NCBI GenBank assembly: GCA_951406725.2
Contig: OX597834.1
Location: 5,456,001 to 5,520,000 of the forward strand
Source: Octopus vulgaris
Lineage: Eukaryota
DNA length: 64,000 nucleotides
Reading direction: 5' to 3'
Part shown: positions 38,830-52,778 of the stretch, piece by piece
How the letters are laid out: every line of letters starts with the position of its first letter
Numbering within the stretch: the first letter of the stretch is position 1
Made by a program: the position numbers and the translations under genes
The notes under the pieces: generated by a model
What the model was told of the DNA's origin: nothing
The model's input: only the letters and a program-made list of their open reading frames with translations
The model's database searches: none

Positions 38830-39193
38830 AAGACGGCGAGCTGGCAGAATCGTTAGCACGTCGGGCGAAATACGTAGCATTATTTCGTCAGCCGTTATGT
38901 TCTGAGTTCAAATTCCGCCGAGGTCGACTTTGCCTTTCATCCTTTCGGAGTCGATAAATAAAGTACCAGTTACGTACTGGGTCGATGTATTCGACTTAAT
39001 CCCTTTGTCTGTCCTTTTCTCTTAACTAGGTTTTACATGTGAACAACACGCAACCTAAATAATATCCACATACCCATCAGTTACAGTGATAGCAAATGAT
39101 GGCAGTACAAATTTTAATATTTATGGTTGAAGGGCGAATTTTGTCCTTGTTTGTCCCCTCTGTGTTTAGTCCCTTGTGGGTAGTAAAGAAATA
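38830..39193 (+). mobile_element. SINE family B with 17-bp TSD and a 125-bp internal insert
   Basis: TSD TATTCGAACTTTGTATT at 38813-38829 and 39194-39210. Confidence 0.9.
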
Positions 39194-39604
39194 TATTCGA
39201 ACTTTGTATTGACAGCAACAGTTACAAAAAAAAACCCATAATGATGGTGGTGGTGGTGGTGGATAGTGAAATGTGTAGTTTTTCTGTAAACTGAATTTTT
39301 TACATTACCTGTCACTTAGCACATGCGCATAAGTGCAATTATTTATCGTCTGCTCGCTTGAAAATTGATATTTGTTTATATACTGGGCTGGTGCTTAATA
39401 ATTGCGGCTGTTTTGTCAACAAATTATCCCAATCAGCAGAAGTTATCGACTAATATACTTGGACTTGTATCTGGCACGATTACAGACACATTAAGTATCT
39501 TGCTTCTGTTTAATGACCTAAGTTTACCATCAGTAAGTGTATCACCGTTCTTCGTTGAGATGTTGTTTAGGATTTTGGAAGAGTCACTCATATTACTTCC
39601 TCTC

Positions 39605-41136
39605 GCTGGACATCAACACCTCCACTTTTACCATATTTGAACTAACAGCAGCCACCAAGCAACAAAAAGCCTCGAAAGCATTTGGTCCCGACAACATCCC
39701 AGCTGTAATTTGGAAAGATGATAGATTTCACACACTTTTGCTCAACCTCTGCAACCACACACTTTCCACCTTTGTCGCTCCAAAGATTTGGCACCAATCT
39801 CAAATAATTCCAATACCCCAAAAAGGCGATTTATCCCTCGTCACCAACTACAGGGGTATATCTCTAATGTCAATTGCTGCAAAACTGTACAACAAACTGA
39901 TCCTAAATCGTCTTGTCCTTTTTGTTGAACCTTTGCTCCGAAAGAACCAAAATGGATTCAGACATGGGCGCTCAACGCTGAGCCAGATACTATGCCTACG
40001 CAGACTTATTGAAGAATCAAAAGCATTTAATCGCGATCTTGCAATGGTATTTGTAGACTTTTCTAAAGCGTTCGATTCTGTAGATAGGTACAAGATGTTT
40101 GAAATCCTTAAGCTCTATGGGATACCAGACAAAATCATTTCTGCCATCAAGGGCCTCTACACAGATACGTCTTCAACCATCTTAACCCCTGATGGAGAAA
40201 CATCATCTTTCTCAATCAAAGCCGTAATACTGCAGGGAGACACACTCGCCCCATTTCTATTCATCATTGTTGTTGATTATGTGCTACGTATGTCAGTTGA
40301 TACCATCTCTGGCAAGGGCTTTGAAATAAAACCAAGAAGAAGTTCCAGACACCCAGCTGAGTACTTGACAGACACTAACTTTGCTGACGACATCGCTCTT
40401 ATCAGTGATTCTCTCTCCAATGCCCAGTCTCTTTTACAATCTCTTCAACAAGCATCAAATTGTGTAGGTCTTTACCTCAATGAGGCCAAAACTGAATACA
40501 TAAACAAGTGCCTGTCCAACAGTGATTGGATCATCCATACTCTCAACAACGCGCCCTTAAATATGGTTTCTGATTATAAATATCTTGGGTCATACATATC
40601 ATCATCTGGAAAATACTTTCTATCTAGAAAGGGTATGGCCTGGTCAGCCTGTAATGACATGCTTAAGATCTGGTCATCAAATCTAAGTAGAGACTTCAAA
40701 CTTGAAATATTCAAAGTCACAGTCGAATCAATTCTACTATATGGCTCAGAAACCTGGAAATTATCAAAGAAGCTTGAGAGGCGGTTGGATGGAACCTACA
40801 CTCGCCTCCTTATGAGAGCTCAAAATCTTTCGTGGAAGCGTCATCCAACCAAAATGCAAATATATGGGAAACTACCACCTGTATCATCTCTTGTGAAAGG
40901 TAGGAGAGTCCAGTTTGCTGGACATTGTTGTAGAGCTGAAAAAGAAGTAATTTCTACTCTTCTCCTCTGGAAGCCATCTACTCGCAATACCAGAGGGCGC
41001 ACACTCTCCTGATGTAATCTCCAGGGATACAGGCATCCAGCAACAGGACCTCTGTAATGCCATGATGGACCGTGAAGTCTGGCGTAGCATGGTAAATTCC
41101 ATTGTCTCGACCACGGTCGAGACAATGATGATGATG
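39605..41136 (+). mobile_element. 5'-truncated RTE-clade LINE with reverse transcriptase ORF (to 41012)
   Basis: NYRGISL, QNGFR.GRST, FVDFSKAFDSV, QGDTLAP.LF, FADD, YKYLGS motifs; (ATG)n tail; TSD ACTTCCTCTC at 39595-39604 and 41137-41146. Confidence 0.93.
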
Positions 41137-42199
41137 ACTTCCTCTCATAGGTTTGTTAGTGCATGTCGACTTGGATACCTGACGACTGTGTCTAAGAAAC
41201 AAGAAAGATGAATCACGAAGTCGATCCAGACGTGATTCAAGCTCATGGTGTCTGCCACTCTGGGTATTCTACCAGTCTACTGTCCTTTTCAGCTCACACC
41301 TCCTCTACTTGACAATTAAATAATTATTTTTTCAAAAATTGTTATATTTTATACTTCTTTTAGGAAAATCTTAATGTGTGATTGTTTAGTTGATCAGGAG
41401 ACATCACACTTAAAACTGACAATCTCTACTTGATTTCGACAGGGGTAAGTTTCACAATCTCTTTCATTTGTCATTTATTTTTATTCAAATTCAGACAGCT
41501 CTGCGGGGAATATCGTTGTTAAGTGTTTGTAGAATATAGAAAAAAAAAAAAAAGAAGAAACTTCTGATCAGATACCAGATATAAGTAAACTTTTCTGCCT
41601 AAGTAATCGTATATCAGGTTTAAAACAAACACATACATAAACACAGAGATATACAAACGCACACTCAACAACACATGTATTATATTCGTGCCTGTTTTTG
41701 TTTCTTAAAAAAAAATAATTCTGATACTTTTTTAAAAATGTTACTTCATTTCAACACATTTAGAAGTGTTGCTTTATTTCAGTAAATTTTATTTTTAGGC
41801 TAGTTTAAAGATTTAAAATTCTGTATTTTTCTTTAAAATAAACAAATAGTTACAATTCAGATGTTTCAATTACTTTCTTAGAGAAATCCTTACAAATGTG
41901 TTATTTTTTATTCGTCATATTATAATCTCCAGGCAACAGTTTTGGTAATTATTTATAAATTATACTGTCTTAGTAAATTTAAAAGACAGGTTTCATGATA
42001 AACAACAAACACATCCGTACATAAACACACACACAAATGATATAATTACACATTCACACACACACACACTCACACACATACGCACAAATTATAGGTACAG
42101 ACGTATATACATACAAACCATGCAGGCACATGCGCGTACGTACTTAGTATGTACATGTCATATATAGCAAATAAATAAGTAAAAAATATTTATACACAC

Positions 42200-42425
42200 T
42201 TGTTTGTGTGTCTGTGTTTGTCACCCCAACATCGCTTGACAACCGATGCTGGTGTGTTTACGTCCCCGTAAATTAACGGTTCGGCAAAAGAGACCAATAG
42301 AATAAGTACTAGACTTACAAAGAATAAGTCAGTCCTGGGGTCTATTTGTTAGACTAAAGGCGGTGCTCCAGCATGGCCACAGTCAAATGACTGAAACAAG
42401 TACAAGAGTAAAGAGTAAAGAGTAC
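42200..42425 (+). mobile_element. 5'-truncated SINE family A
   Basis: 3' half and tail. Confidence 0.8.
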
Positions 42426-42490
42426 ACATAATCATATGTTTATAGAAATTGAGAAACTGTACAATTTTGTTATAGGAAATTGTGATGTGA

Positions 42491-43131
42491 AATTATGCAG
42501 ATGACGCTAGAGTGTCCATTGCTGCAATGACAATTGAGTGCATACCTTGTAAAGCAAGGAGGTGGCCTGGAGAGACACCTGCACTGTGCTGCAGTGGTGG
42601 AAAGGTTAAACACCTTGCATGCCCCAAACCTCCAGAGCCATTGAAGAAACTGTAGTCATCAACTGACCAAGATTTCAAGCACTTCCAGAACAAAATTAGA
42701 CAATACAAAGCGGCACTACAGATGACATCATTTGGATCCACAAGAGATTTAACTGAGCCGGGATTCATGCAAAATTTCAAGATCCAAAGTCAGATTTATC
42801 ATCGGATTAGTTCTCTATTACCTCTGTCAAATAAATCCCCAAAATCGGCCTTTCATTGTTTATAATCTGAACCTGCTTTCTGGTTACGAGCTAAGTTACA
42901 CAAGACGCGTTTTTGAATTACGTGTATTTACTTGATATACATATATGAGTTGAAAACTTTCTTTTAATGTTTCACTTAACGTCTATGTTCCATGCTTGCA
43001 TGAGTTGGAGAGTTATTAATGTAGAAAGTTGGTATCTCAGCTACTAGCAGTTGAGACGTGCGTAATCTTGACGGCGTTTTTTTAATTTCATTATTTTCTT
43101 TAACCAGGGCGACGCCGGGTATATCTGCTAG
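42491..43131 (+). mobile_element. Second copy of the deleted Helitron
   Basis: Highly similar to 26749-27382; ends in hairpin plus CTAG|T. Confidence 0.88.
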
Positions 43132-43272
43132 TGTTTTTATATGGAAACATTCTAGAAAGCCATATTCAGTAAATTTCAGTTGCAAAAACTGATAAATTAA
43201 TTCATTCGTATCATTTAGCATGTTGAAAATATCCTTTTGCTGGTATTGAAAGTAAACCATTTCCGCCCAAAT

Positions 43273-43595
43273 TGTTTGTTGTTTGTTTGTCGTTTTGTTC
43301 CTTCTCGAGCCATGCCTGGCTCATAAGGGCCGGTTTCCCGATTTCCTTGGCGTATAAGTTCCCCACCTGGACGGAACGCCGGCCCGTCGTAGGTGAGCTG
43401 CAAGATGCAGTAGGAAAGAGTGAGAGAAAGTTATGGCGAAAGAGTCAGCAGAAGTTTCGCCATTACCTTCTGCCGGAGTCGCGTGGAGCATAGGTGTTTC
43501 GCTCATAAACACACACATCGCCCGGTCTGAGATTCGAACCCGCGATCCCTCGACCGCGAGTCCGCTGCTCTAACCACTAGGCCATGTGCCTCCAC
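43273..43595 (-). mobile_element. SINE family C, tail type 2, with 12-bp TSD
   Basis: TTCCGCCCAAAT at 43261-43272 and 43596-43607. Confidence 0.9.
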
Positions 43596-44439
43596 TTCCG
43601 CCCAAATACACACTTCAAAGAATGTCTCTAATTTTCATTCTGCCAATTGTATATTGTCGAGACTTGTGCTTTGGCATTTGGATGCTACCTGATACAACCC
43701 TTCTCAAGTAGGTTAGAGAAGTGCTGTACCTATCTTTTATTTCAGGCTTCAGGAAGATTCGCCAATAGTTTCCCTCTTACGTTCCACCCGAGACAGCATT
43801 GTTGCTTTCTATAGGATTTAGGATTATAGATAAGTTTTATGCTCCTGCTACACAGGTTTCATTGCGTCTTTTTATCTTTGTCGTTTTCCATTGCTGCATT
43901 GTTAGCTCTCGTGATTCTACATTTTTACATATTTCCCTTCAGTTTTCTTTCCTTAATTGTCTTTCTTGATTTTCTTTTGCTGCTGCTGCAGTTTCTTATG
44001 CATTTATAATGTTATTGCAAATGGAGTTGGCATTTTTGACATCATCTAAAGTATGTAATATTACGAGGTGAGGTTTGACATGACGTTCATGAAATATGCT
44101 TGCATCGGTAGTAAATTTCAGCCAGTCATAAAATAGTCTATAATTATTTTCCAAGTTCCTCTTTACTTTTTAGTTCTCCTTCAGCTTTCTTGTCAAAAAT
44201 AGACGGTTCAGAACTGACAGCAAAAACAAAATAGTTTCAGGCTTTGCAGTCTATATTCCAATTTTTATTTATTAAAAACAAATTATTTGTTGTTACTAGG
44301 ATGTGATCCAGTAAGGTGTTACCATCATTTGGCTATGTAAAAGTTCACAGCTTACAATTTCTCTTTGTCTATTGTACTCTCAAATACCTACAGGATGCAC
44401 ACTCTAACACATACGCGGAATATGTATATATATATTTTA

Positions 44440-44667
44440 AGGGCGGCGAGCTGGCAGAATCGTTAGCACGCCGGGCGAAATAATTAGCGGTATTTCGTTT
44501 ACCGCTACGTTCTGAGTTCAAATTCCGCCGAGGTCAACTTTGCCTTTCATCCTTTCGGGTCGATTAAATAAGTACCAGTTACGCACTGGGGTCGATGTAA
44601 TCGACTTAATCTCTTTGCCTGTCCTTTTCTGTCCTCTGTGTTTAGTCCCTTGTGGGCAATAAAAAAT
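44440..44667 (+). mobile_element. SINE family B monomer
   Basis: Matches 15191-15427. Confidence 0.88.
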
Positions 44668-45564
44668 ATATATGTATATATATTTTCAAGAAAATGTTTG
44701 ACAATAACATCGCGTTTTGCTTGGACACCAGCTAGCTTAGACAATCCGAGAAAGCTGAGTCACGGCAAAACTTCGAAGTTACTGCCAGCTGACCGTTTGC
44801 TTGTAAGAAGCATTTGATAATCTACTTTAATTTAGTGTTTGTCTTCTATCTATGGCTGTACATTATAGCATGCCTTCATATCATATTATTGCCATTTAGC
44901 CTCACGGTAAATCTAATTTAACAAACCAGTGATAAGTATTGCTCCAGCTGACCTTTCCATTTATTCAGGAATACCCAGAATTGCATTATTTAACGCCCTT
45001 TTATTAGTTTTAAGACGCAAAGATCTTATTTGTGATATTTTTTTGGTAGCTATTTCTAGCACATTAAATGAGTATGTAGGGGCTTCCGGTTATGTAATTG
45101 TTACAAGAGAATTCTTTGCAGCCAGCAAACTATTTTGACGAACAGAATTTAATTATAGTTTTTAAAAGAAGTAGCTATTTCAATTGTTTAATCCAATTTA
45201 ATATTCATATATCTAAAGGGCAGTGAATTTCAAAATCAGTAGAGCGCTAAAGAAAATGCCTGGTGGCACTGAGTTGTATCCTTTTATATTGTTAGTTTAA
45301 ATCTCACCATAGCCTAGGGGGTCTATAAAATAAATTTTGTCAATTATTGAAGGTTATTTAAGTTAATCTCGAATCCCATTTCTCCCTTTAAAATGCAGGG
45401 GTTTGCCAGTGGTTCTAAACAATATTTTTATTTCTGTAAAAGCAAATTTATCGTGATGCTTAAATGTTACAATAATATTTTATTGCAATGATCCCTGTAA
45501 TATAAAGCTGACTATTATAAAATAGCATAATGATATAGCAAACTACAACAGCGTAAGTGTATAT

Positions 45565-45961
45565 TCTTTTCTACTTTAGGCACAGGGCCTGAAATTTTGG
45601 GGGAAGGGGTTAGTCAATTAGTTCGGGCCCAGTACACAACTGGTACTTAATTTATCGATTCCGAGAGGATGAAAGGTAAAGCTGACCACGGCGGAATTTG
45701 AACTCAGAACACCAAGACAGATGAAATGCATATTTTTTTACTACCCACAAGGAGCTAAAGATAGAGAGGACAAAGAAGGACAGACAAACGGATTAAGTCG
45801 ATTATATCGACCCCAGTGCGTGACTGGTACTTATTTCATCGACCCCGAAAGGATAAAAGGCAAAGTCGACCTCGGCGGAATTTGAACTCAGAACGTAGCG
45901 GCAGACAAAATACTGCTAAGCATTTCGCCCAGCGTGCTAACATTTCTGCCAGCTCGCTGCC
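45565..45961 (-). mobile_element. Family B monomer joined to an older family-B-like body
   Basis: Two Meta-like modules and one head. Confidence 0.8.
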
Positions 45962-46761
45962 GTAGAGTAAGCGTATATTATCAAGTCTATATAATGTAAA
46001 TGAATTCAATTATAGCCGATATAAAGGCGGTGAGTTGCAGAATCGGACAAAATGTTTAGCGGCATTTCGCCCTTCTTTACGATCTGAGTTCAAATTCTGC
46101 CAAGCTCAACTTTTCCTCTCATCCTTTCGGGGTCGACAAAAACAATACAAATTGAGCGCTGGGATCGATGTAATCGAATTACTCCTTTCCTACAATTTCA
46201 GGTCTTTCGCCTACAGCTGAAAGGATAATAGCTGAAATATTTCTTAAATGTAGAAGCTCAGTTAAATAAATTTTAAAATAATAATATTTATAAACTCACA
46301 TATTTTCTAAACCTGCTGGTTACACACTTTACACGCAGAAATGGCAGTAATGAAGTTCACTTTACGATTATGTAATTTCAGATTCGATTCTGTTATATGT
46401 TTCCCTGGGGCTTGTTTCATTTACCAAAGCCGGTACCACCATGCCTTGCGTTGTACCTCACCATTTACACTTTACTGTGCAGTCTGTCTGGCTATTTACA
46501 CATTAACGTGCCCTCTAACCCTAACTGTGAAGCCACAACAGGTCATTTCACAGCGCTGACCACGAAACTTCGGAAGCTACGTAGCCAAGTGCATCAGCTG
46601 TAATTGGTACGAATGCAAATTCATAACCTGAATGTAGAATATGCAAGTTTCGAATCATTTATCCATTGTTATCTTCTTTGGTTTTCAAAGAGATTTCCAC
46701 ATCAGCTTCTGCAGGAGAGCTGACCTTTATGACCGCTACATACTTTTTCTTGTTTGATGAA

Positions 46762-47152
46762 ACAGGAGCGGCTGTGTGGTAAGTAGCTTCCTAACCAGCC
46801 ACATGGTTCCGGGTTCAGTCCCACTGCGTGGCATCTTGGGCAAGTGTCTTCTGCTATAGCCCCAGGCCGACCAATGCCTTGTGAGTGGATTTGGTAGACG
46901 GACACTGAAAGAAGCATGTCGTATATATGTATATATGTATGTGTCTGTGTTTGTCTCCCTAGCATTGCTTGACAACCGATGCTGGTGTGTTTACGTCCCC
47001 GTCACTTAGCGGTTCGGCAAAAGAGACCGCTAGAATAAGTACTGGGCTTACAAAGAATAAGTCCCGGGGTCAATTTGCTCGACTAAAGGCGCTGTTCCAG
47101 CATGGCCGCAGTCAAATGACTGAAACAAATAAAGGAGTAAAGAGAAAGAGAG
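46762..47152 (+). mobile_element. SINE family A
   Basis: Near full length. Confidence 0.9.
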
Positions 47153-47186
47153 AAAGAACACCCACACACATACACACACACACAGA

Positions 47187-47244
<58 letters not shown>

Positions 47245-48025
47245 TATCACTGCATCTCTATATGCAGATTTATATTCATGTCCCCTAACATCGAACAGGT
47301 GTGAATATTTATATTTTTGTCGGATATCAACGAACAGGTGTGAGTGAGATAAGTACCAGACTTCGGAAAGTAAGCGATGATGAACTTAAACGGAGAAGGA
47401 GATGTATGGCCGTGGCCCGAGGGCCGAGTCCAGTAAAAGACTACAGAAGCAGATTCAAAATCTTATGATTTCAACATGTTTTCATTTTCAGAAATATTTT
47501 CTCATGAAATTCTTTTTATTTTTTCAACACTATGTAACACTACGCTCTCACATATATAAACGTACACATTCAATCATCACACACACACACATGTATATTG
47601 GCATTTATTCATGTATACATATACACAAATACATATATACACGCATATATACATGTACTCACGCATGTACTCACGCATACATATATATATATATAAGTAA
47701 ATATAAGAGAGTGGTCACTATGTGGCTCACTCTAGCACTAGAAATAGATCCAATAGGTTTCAACCACAAAATATATGTTTCCCATGAAAGCCAACACGAC
47801 TGTTAGCTCAAACGAACAGGACAAATAAAATAACAAAAATACAGATTATTTTGGGACAATTGTTTCGCTGTTATTGAATTAAATGTAATTTTACTCACAT
47901 CAAATTCACTTGCAGCTCATCAGCCAAAACTTATCCGAATATAATCAACTCGATCGCACGCCAGATTTTTACCATAACGATAAATACACATGCGGTCCAG
48001 CCGATTACACTCACCGTTATAATTA

Positions 48026-48056
<31 letters not shown>

Positions 48057-48429
48057 TACTTGTTTCAGTCATTTGACTGCGGCCATGCTGGAGCACCGCC
48101 TTTAGTCGAGCAAATCGACCACAGGAATATTCTTTGTAAGCCTAGGAATTATTCTATCGGTCTCTTTTGCCAAACCTCTAAGTTACGGGGATGTAAACAC
48201 GCCGGCATCGGTTGTCAAGCGATGTTGGGGGGGACAAACTCAGCCACACAAACATATATACATACATACGACAGGCTTCTTTCAGTTTCCGTCTACCAAA
48301 TCCACTCACAAGGCATTGGTCGGCCCCGGGCTATAGCAGAAGACACTTGCCCAAGATGCCACGCAGTTGGACTGAACCCGGAACCTTGTGGCTGGTTAGC
48401 AAGCTACTTACCACACAGCCACTCCTACG

Positions 48430-48432
<3 letters not shown>
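48057..48432 (-). mobile_element. SINE family A
   Basis: Reverse complement, between (TA)n runs. Confidence 0.88.
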
Positions 48433-48474
<42 letters not shown>

Positions 48475-48894
48475 GCATACAGGGACACCATGTACATATA
48501 TATTTGGGTTATTTAATTCGTATGATCATTAAATAGAAAATTACGTTATAGTCTTAAATATTAACTTTCATATATATTCATGGTAACACACACATTAACA
48601 TTCATATTTGATATATAATAATATAACAGAGCATTCTATGATTTCTTATGCTATGTTGGTTACGAGCCGTATTTCCTTTGAACTTCTTGTGTCATCAAAA
48701 CAAATGATCTATATTAAGGAACGTCGTTTGCACAGCCAGATGTACAGGAAGTGGCGTATTAATGAGATTTCCAAAGTAAAGTCCTTTGAAAAATTTTAAT
48801 CCAACAACTATTTTATTCCTAATATCAATTTCACTGACTGATTGCCCATTTACTCACCATTAGCCCTCCATCAAGCAATATATAAACCTATTTA

Positions 48895-48929
48895 AATATA
48901 TAAAACTATATATATATATACACATATAC

Positions 48930-48964
<35 letters not shown>

Positions 48965-49041
48965 AATATATATATATATACATATATATATTTTATATAT
49001 ACATATATATATACATACATACATATATATATAAATATATA

Positions 49042-49122
<81 letters not shown>

Positions 49123-49213
49123 AATTGGATTAACACAGTTACAAGCAGACATCAAACGATTATTTTAAAAGTTGAAAACTTTTGATTTTTACTGATAACA
49201 TGACACACATACA

Positions 49214-49247
<34 letters not shown>

Positions 49248-49325
49248 CATACATACGTACACACGTACATACACACTCACGCACACACACATATGTATCT
49301 ATATATATGTATGTATACATATAAA
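48895..49325. repeat. (TA)n/(TACA)n microsatellites
   Basis: Visible directly. Confidence 0.9.
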
Positions 49326-49722
49326 CGCACGTGCGGGTCGCACCCCTACGCGCATATATGTTTGAACGAATGATATACGATGCGTTTATAAAAATCTATT
49401 AATAAGCAACTTTGTGTAAACTTTAAACAATCAAATTAAAACTTATATTAAGAAATACAAAGGCAAGTCAAAGCGTGAAATACCTTGTTCTCATACAACC
49501 ATGAAATCTTGATGCAAATAATAAAAACTATCCGATGAATCGTAAAAATATATTCACAAAGGCTTCAAAAAGCTAAATTGTTTCTTTTATTAGCGAAAAG
49601 CGGGGGCAGTCTTTAATAGTAAGGTCAGACATCTTACAATAGTGCATTGGTGGAAAATTAGCATGCTCATACTATACTATTAGTATGTTACTTGACAAAC
49701 ATAAAAAGCCATGTGATATCTC

Positions 49723-50131
49723 CCTCTTTTACTCTTTTACTTGTTTCAGTCATTTGACTGCGGCCATGCTGGAACAGCGCCTTTAATCGAGCAACTCGAA
49801 TCCGGGACTTATTCTTTGTAAGCCCAGTACTTATTCTATCGGTCTCTTATGCCGAACCGCTAAGTGACGGGGACGTAAACACACCAGCATCGGTTGTCAA
49901 GCAATGCTAGGGGGACAAACACAGACACACAAACACACACACGCATATATATATATATACATATATACGACAGGCTTCTTTCAGTTTCCGTCTACCAAAT
50001 CCACTCACAAGGCATTGGTCGGCCAGGGGCTATAGCAGAAGACACTTGCCCAAGATGCCACGCAGTGGGACTGAACCCGGAACCATGTGGTTGGTTACCA
50101 AGCTACTTAGCACACAGCCACTCCTGCGCCT
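49723..50131 (-). mobile_element. SINE family A
   Basis: Full-length reverse complement. Confidence 0.9.
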
Positions 50132-50678
50132 ATATACTGAACTAACAACGGAATGTGTGCACGGCCGTTTGACCTGCTGGAAGCAGTATCCAAATCTCCC
50201 TCAAATTAGAACCGATGGTCTTGAAAGGAAAAAAGTAAAAAAATACATTGCATAGTCCCGATCACACTAAAAGTCATAATCACCCCCATAAAGTGAGAGC
50301 CTCTTATTAAAACGATCCAATGAAAAAGTCCCAACTTAACTGCTCGGCCTGCTAGAAATAATAGTCATATCTCGCAGATAATAGTCCTTACAGTATTCAA
50401 GAAGGGACACGTTCGGGTGTATAGTTTTAGATACCTTTAAAATTATTAAAAGTCATCGCTAGAATAATTTCGGGCTTGGTTTTGCTCAATTAAGGTTGCT
50501 TGAATCTAATCAAGGTCATCAAAAACGAATTTGATGTATTTTCATAGGTCTGCTCTTTATCCGTCTGTTTCAAGGTCTTTTTTACGAAAATTGAAAATGT
50601 CAAAATTCTGCATGTTGCCCTCATAACCAACAAATAAAAAAAACAATTGAATCTAAAATGTAAATATAGTTTCTAATA

Positions 50679-50854
50679 TAGGCACATGCATGGCTGTGTG
50701 GTAAAAATGTTGCTTCCGAACCATGTGGTGCAGGGTTCAGCCTCACAGAGTGGCACCTTGGGCAAGTGTCTTCTATTATAGCATCGGGTCGACAAAGGCC
50801 TTGCGAGATTGGTAGGCGGAAATTTAAAGGATCCCGTTATGTATATATATATAT

Positions 50855-50886
<32 letters not shown>

Positions 50887-51440
50887 GTATAGCAGTTGTT
50901 GAAGCTGACGGTGGCTTTATTGAATAACATTATAGAAAAGTAATAGTTATCGCCATACTAATATGGCAGTCTTATAAATATAAGACTAAAGCTGTCGCTG
51001 GTTAGCTCCATGGCGATAACTATTAATTTCCAGTAACGCTGCCGTAATCTCCTTTAGAGAGACTTAGTAATTTTAATATTTCTATTATTATAGAAAAGGT
51101 TTATCATTAACCTCATAGTAATTTTTGATAAATCAAGTTGTCTTTTATTATATATCTGTTTTTATAAGCATAAAACTGATCTCAAATATCCTACGCCCCT
51201 TGTGTGTGTGTGCGTGTGTGTGTGCGTGTGCGTGTGTGTGATACCATCGCTTGATAAGTGTTCGTGTTTATATGTCTCTGTAACATTAGTGGTTCGGCAA
51301 AAGTGAACGATGGAATAAGTACCAGACTTTAAAAAAATTAAGTACTGGAGTTAATTCGAGCAACTAAAAATCTTAGAAGGCGGTGTCCCAGCATGGCCGC
51401 AATCTAATGACTGAAAAATGTAAAAAAGTAAACGATTGAA
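50679..51440 (+). mobile_element. Old family A SINE with a ~300-bp insert in its internal microsatellite
   Basis: Head 50679-50840, tail half 51200-51440. Confidence 0.7.
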
Positions 51441-52272
51441 AAGGTATGTTTGACGCAGTATAAGGATTTAACAGTTTTATATTCTTCTAAAAGTATTCGG
51501 TCTTGCCCTAGTTGATTGACACCTTTAATGAACACACTTGAAAATATGCTGTATAAACGCTTTTAAAAGATCAATCTTCTTCAAGTCGAGAAATGTTAAT
51601 TCACTCAGCATTGTTGCACCTGAGCTATTTAGGCAATGGCTTGCGTTGAACATAAAAGAAAGCACAAAAATAAATCAAATATAAAACATGAAGTAAATTT
51701 TTGCTCATAGATTAAAAAAATCCTGGAAAACATATTAAACATATTAAATGATGTACTAATTTATATATGTACTAAATGAATTATTCTTAAATCAAGTTTT
51801 TCCTATGCTTATTGCTGTGCTTAGGCGTATTCTACGTAATATAATTAATAAATTTGCAAGGAGCGAGCGGGCGACATAGACGAAATCCATCTCTTTAAAA
51901 TGATGTGCATTTACGCAAAACAAAACTACCCAAGGAAAAATATTTATAGGTCACACGTGGAACATAGGTTCATAGAAGAATGATCACAAAAGCAATAAGC
52001 TAAGGCAGGGTATGATACAAATACTGGCATCAACATATCCAAATCACCACAGATACACAATTACAGGTACATACCACACACACGAAACTGCGTGCGCGCA
52101 CACAGATACACACACACACACATATACAAGTTTGGTGATGCAAACAGGAACAACAGAACACAAAATATGAGTGTATGTATACTTTTATTAAAATTTAACA
52201 GAAGCAACAAAGTGACTCGAGGGCCGAGAGTTACGTGCGTTGGCACTTATCAAGCTCTGTTGCTTCTGCTAT

Positions 52273-52337
<65 letters not shown>

Positions 52338-52714
52338 TGACACATTGGCCAACCCAACCAAAGCCTTGTGAGTGGATATGGTAGAAGGAAACTGAAAGAG
52401 GACCATCGTATATATATATATATATATATATATTATCAATAATAAAAGGGTAGAATCAATTAATTAATTAATTTTACCAAGTAGTGCTCAGTATGTAAGA
52501 GGACCATTTGAGGTATATTTAAAACGTTACGTTATATAATTAGGGTTCAGTAAAATAATTTACTTTACCACAGACGGTACTTTCAGAAATAGCAGCCAAA
52601 AAATCTTAGCTATTTCTTCTACTATAAGAAACATCTCCCAGACAATGTATACTAAAAAATAATTCACGTAGGTATGTTCGATTTTTAGCACTCTCAAATC
52701 CACATCTAAGAAAT

Positions 52715-52778
52715 CTCTGAGCTGACGAAGGAAATGTTGAGTTTTAATTCAACTAATCCAGAAACGTGCGTTCTCGAG
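52715..52778 (+). ncRNA. Type I hammerhead motif
   Basis: CUCUGAG-CUGACGA-A-GGA..GUUGA...UCAAC..UCC-A-GAAAC-GUGC-GUU-CUCGAG. Confidence 0.7.

Noticed and set aside
39537-39604. N-terminus of the 491-aa RT ORF
   Set aside because: It lies outside the element (upstream flank plus left TSD), so it is flanking DNA in frame by chance; the element is 5'-truncated.
41180-41205. CTGACGA...GAAAC
   Set aside because: No stem II pairing and no NUH/stem I.
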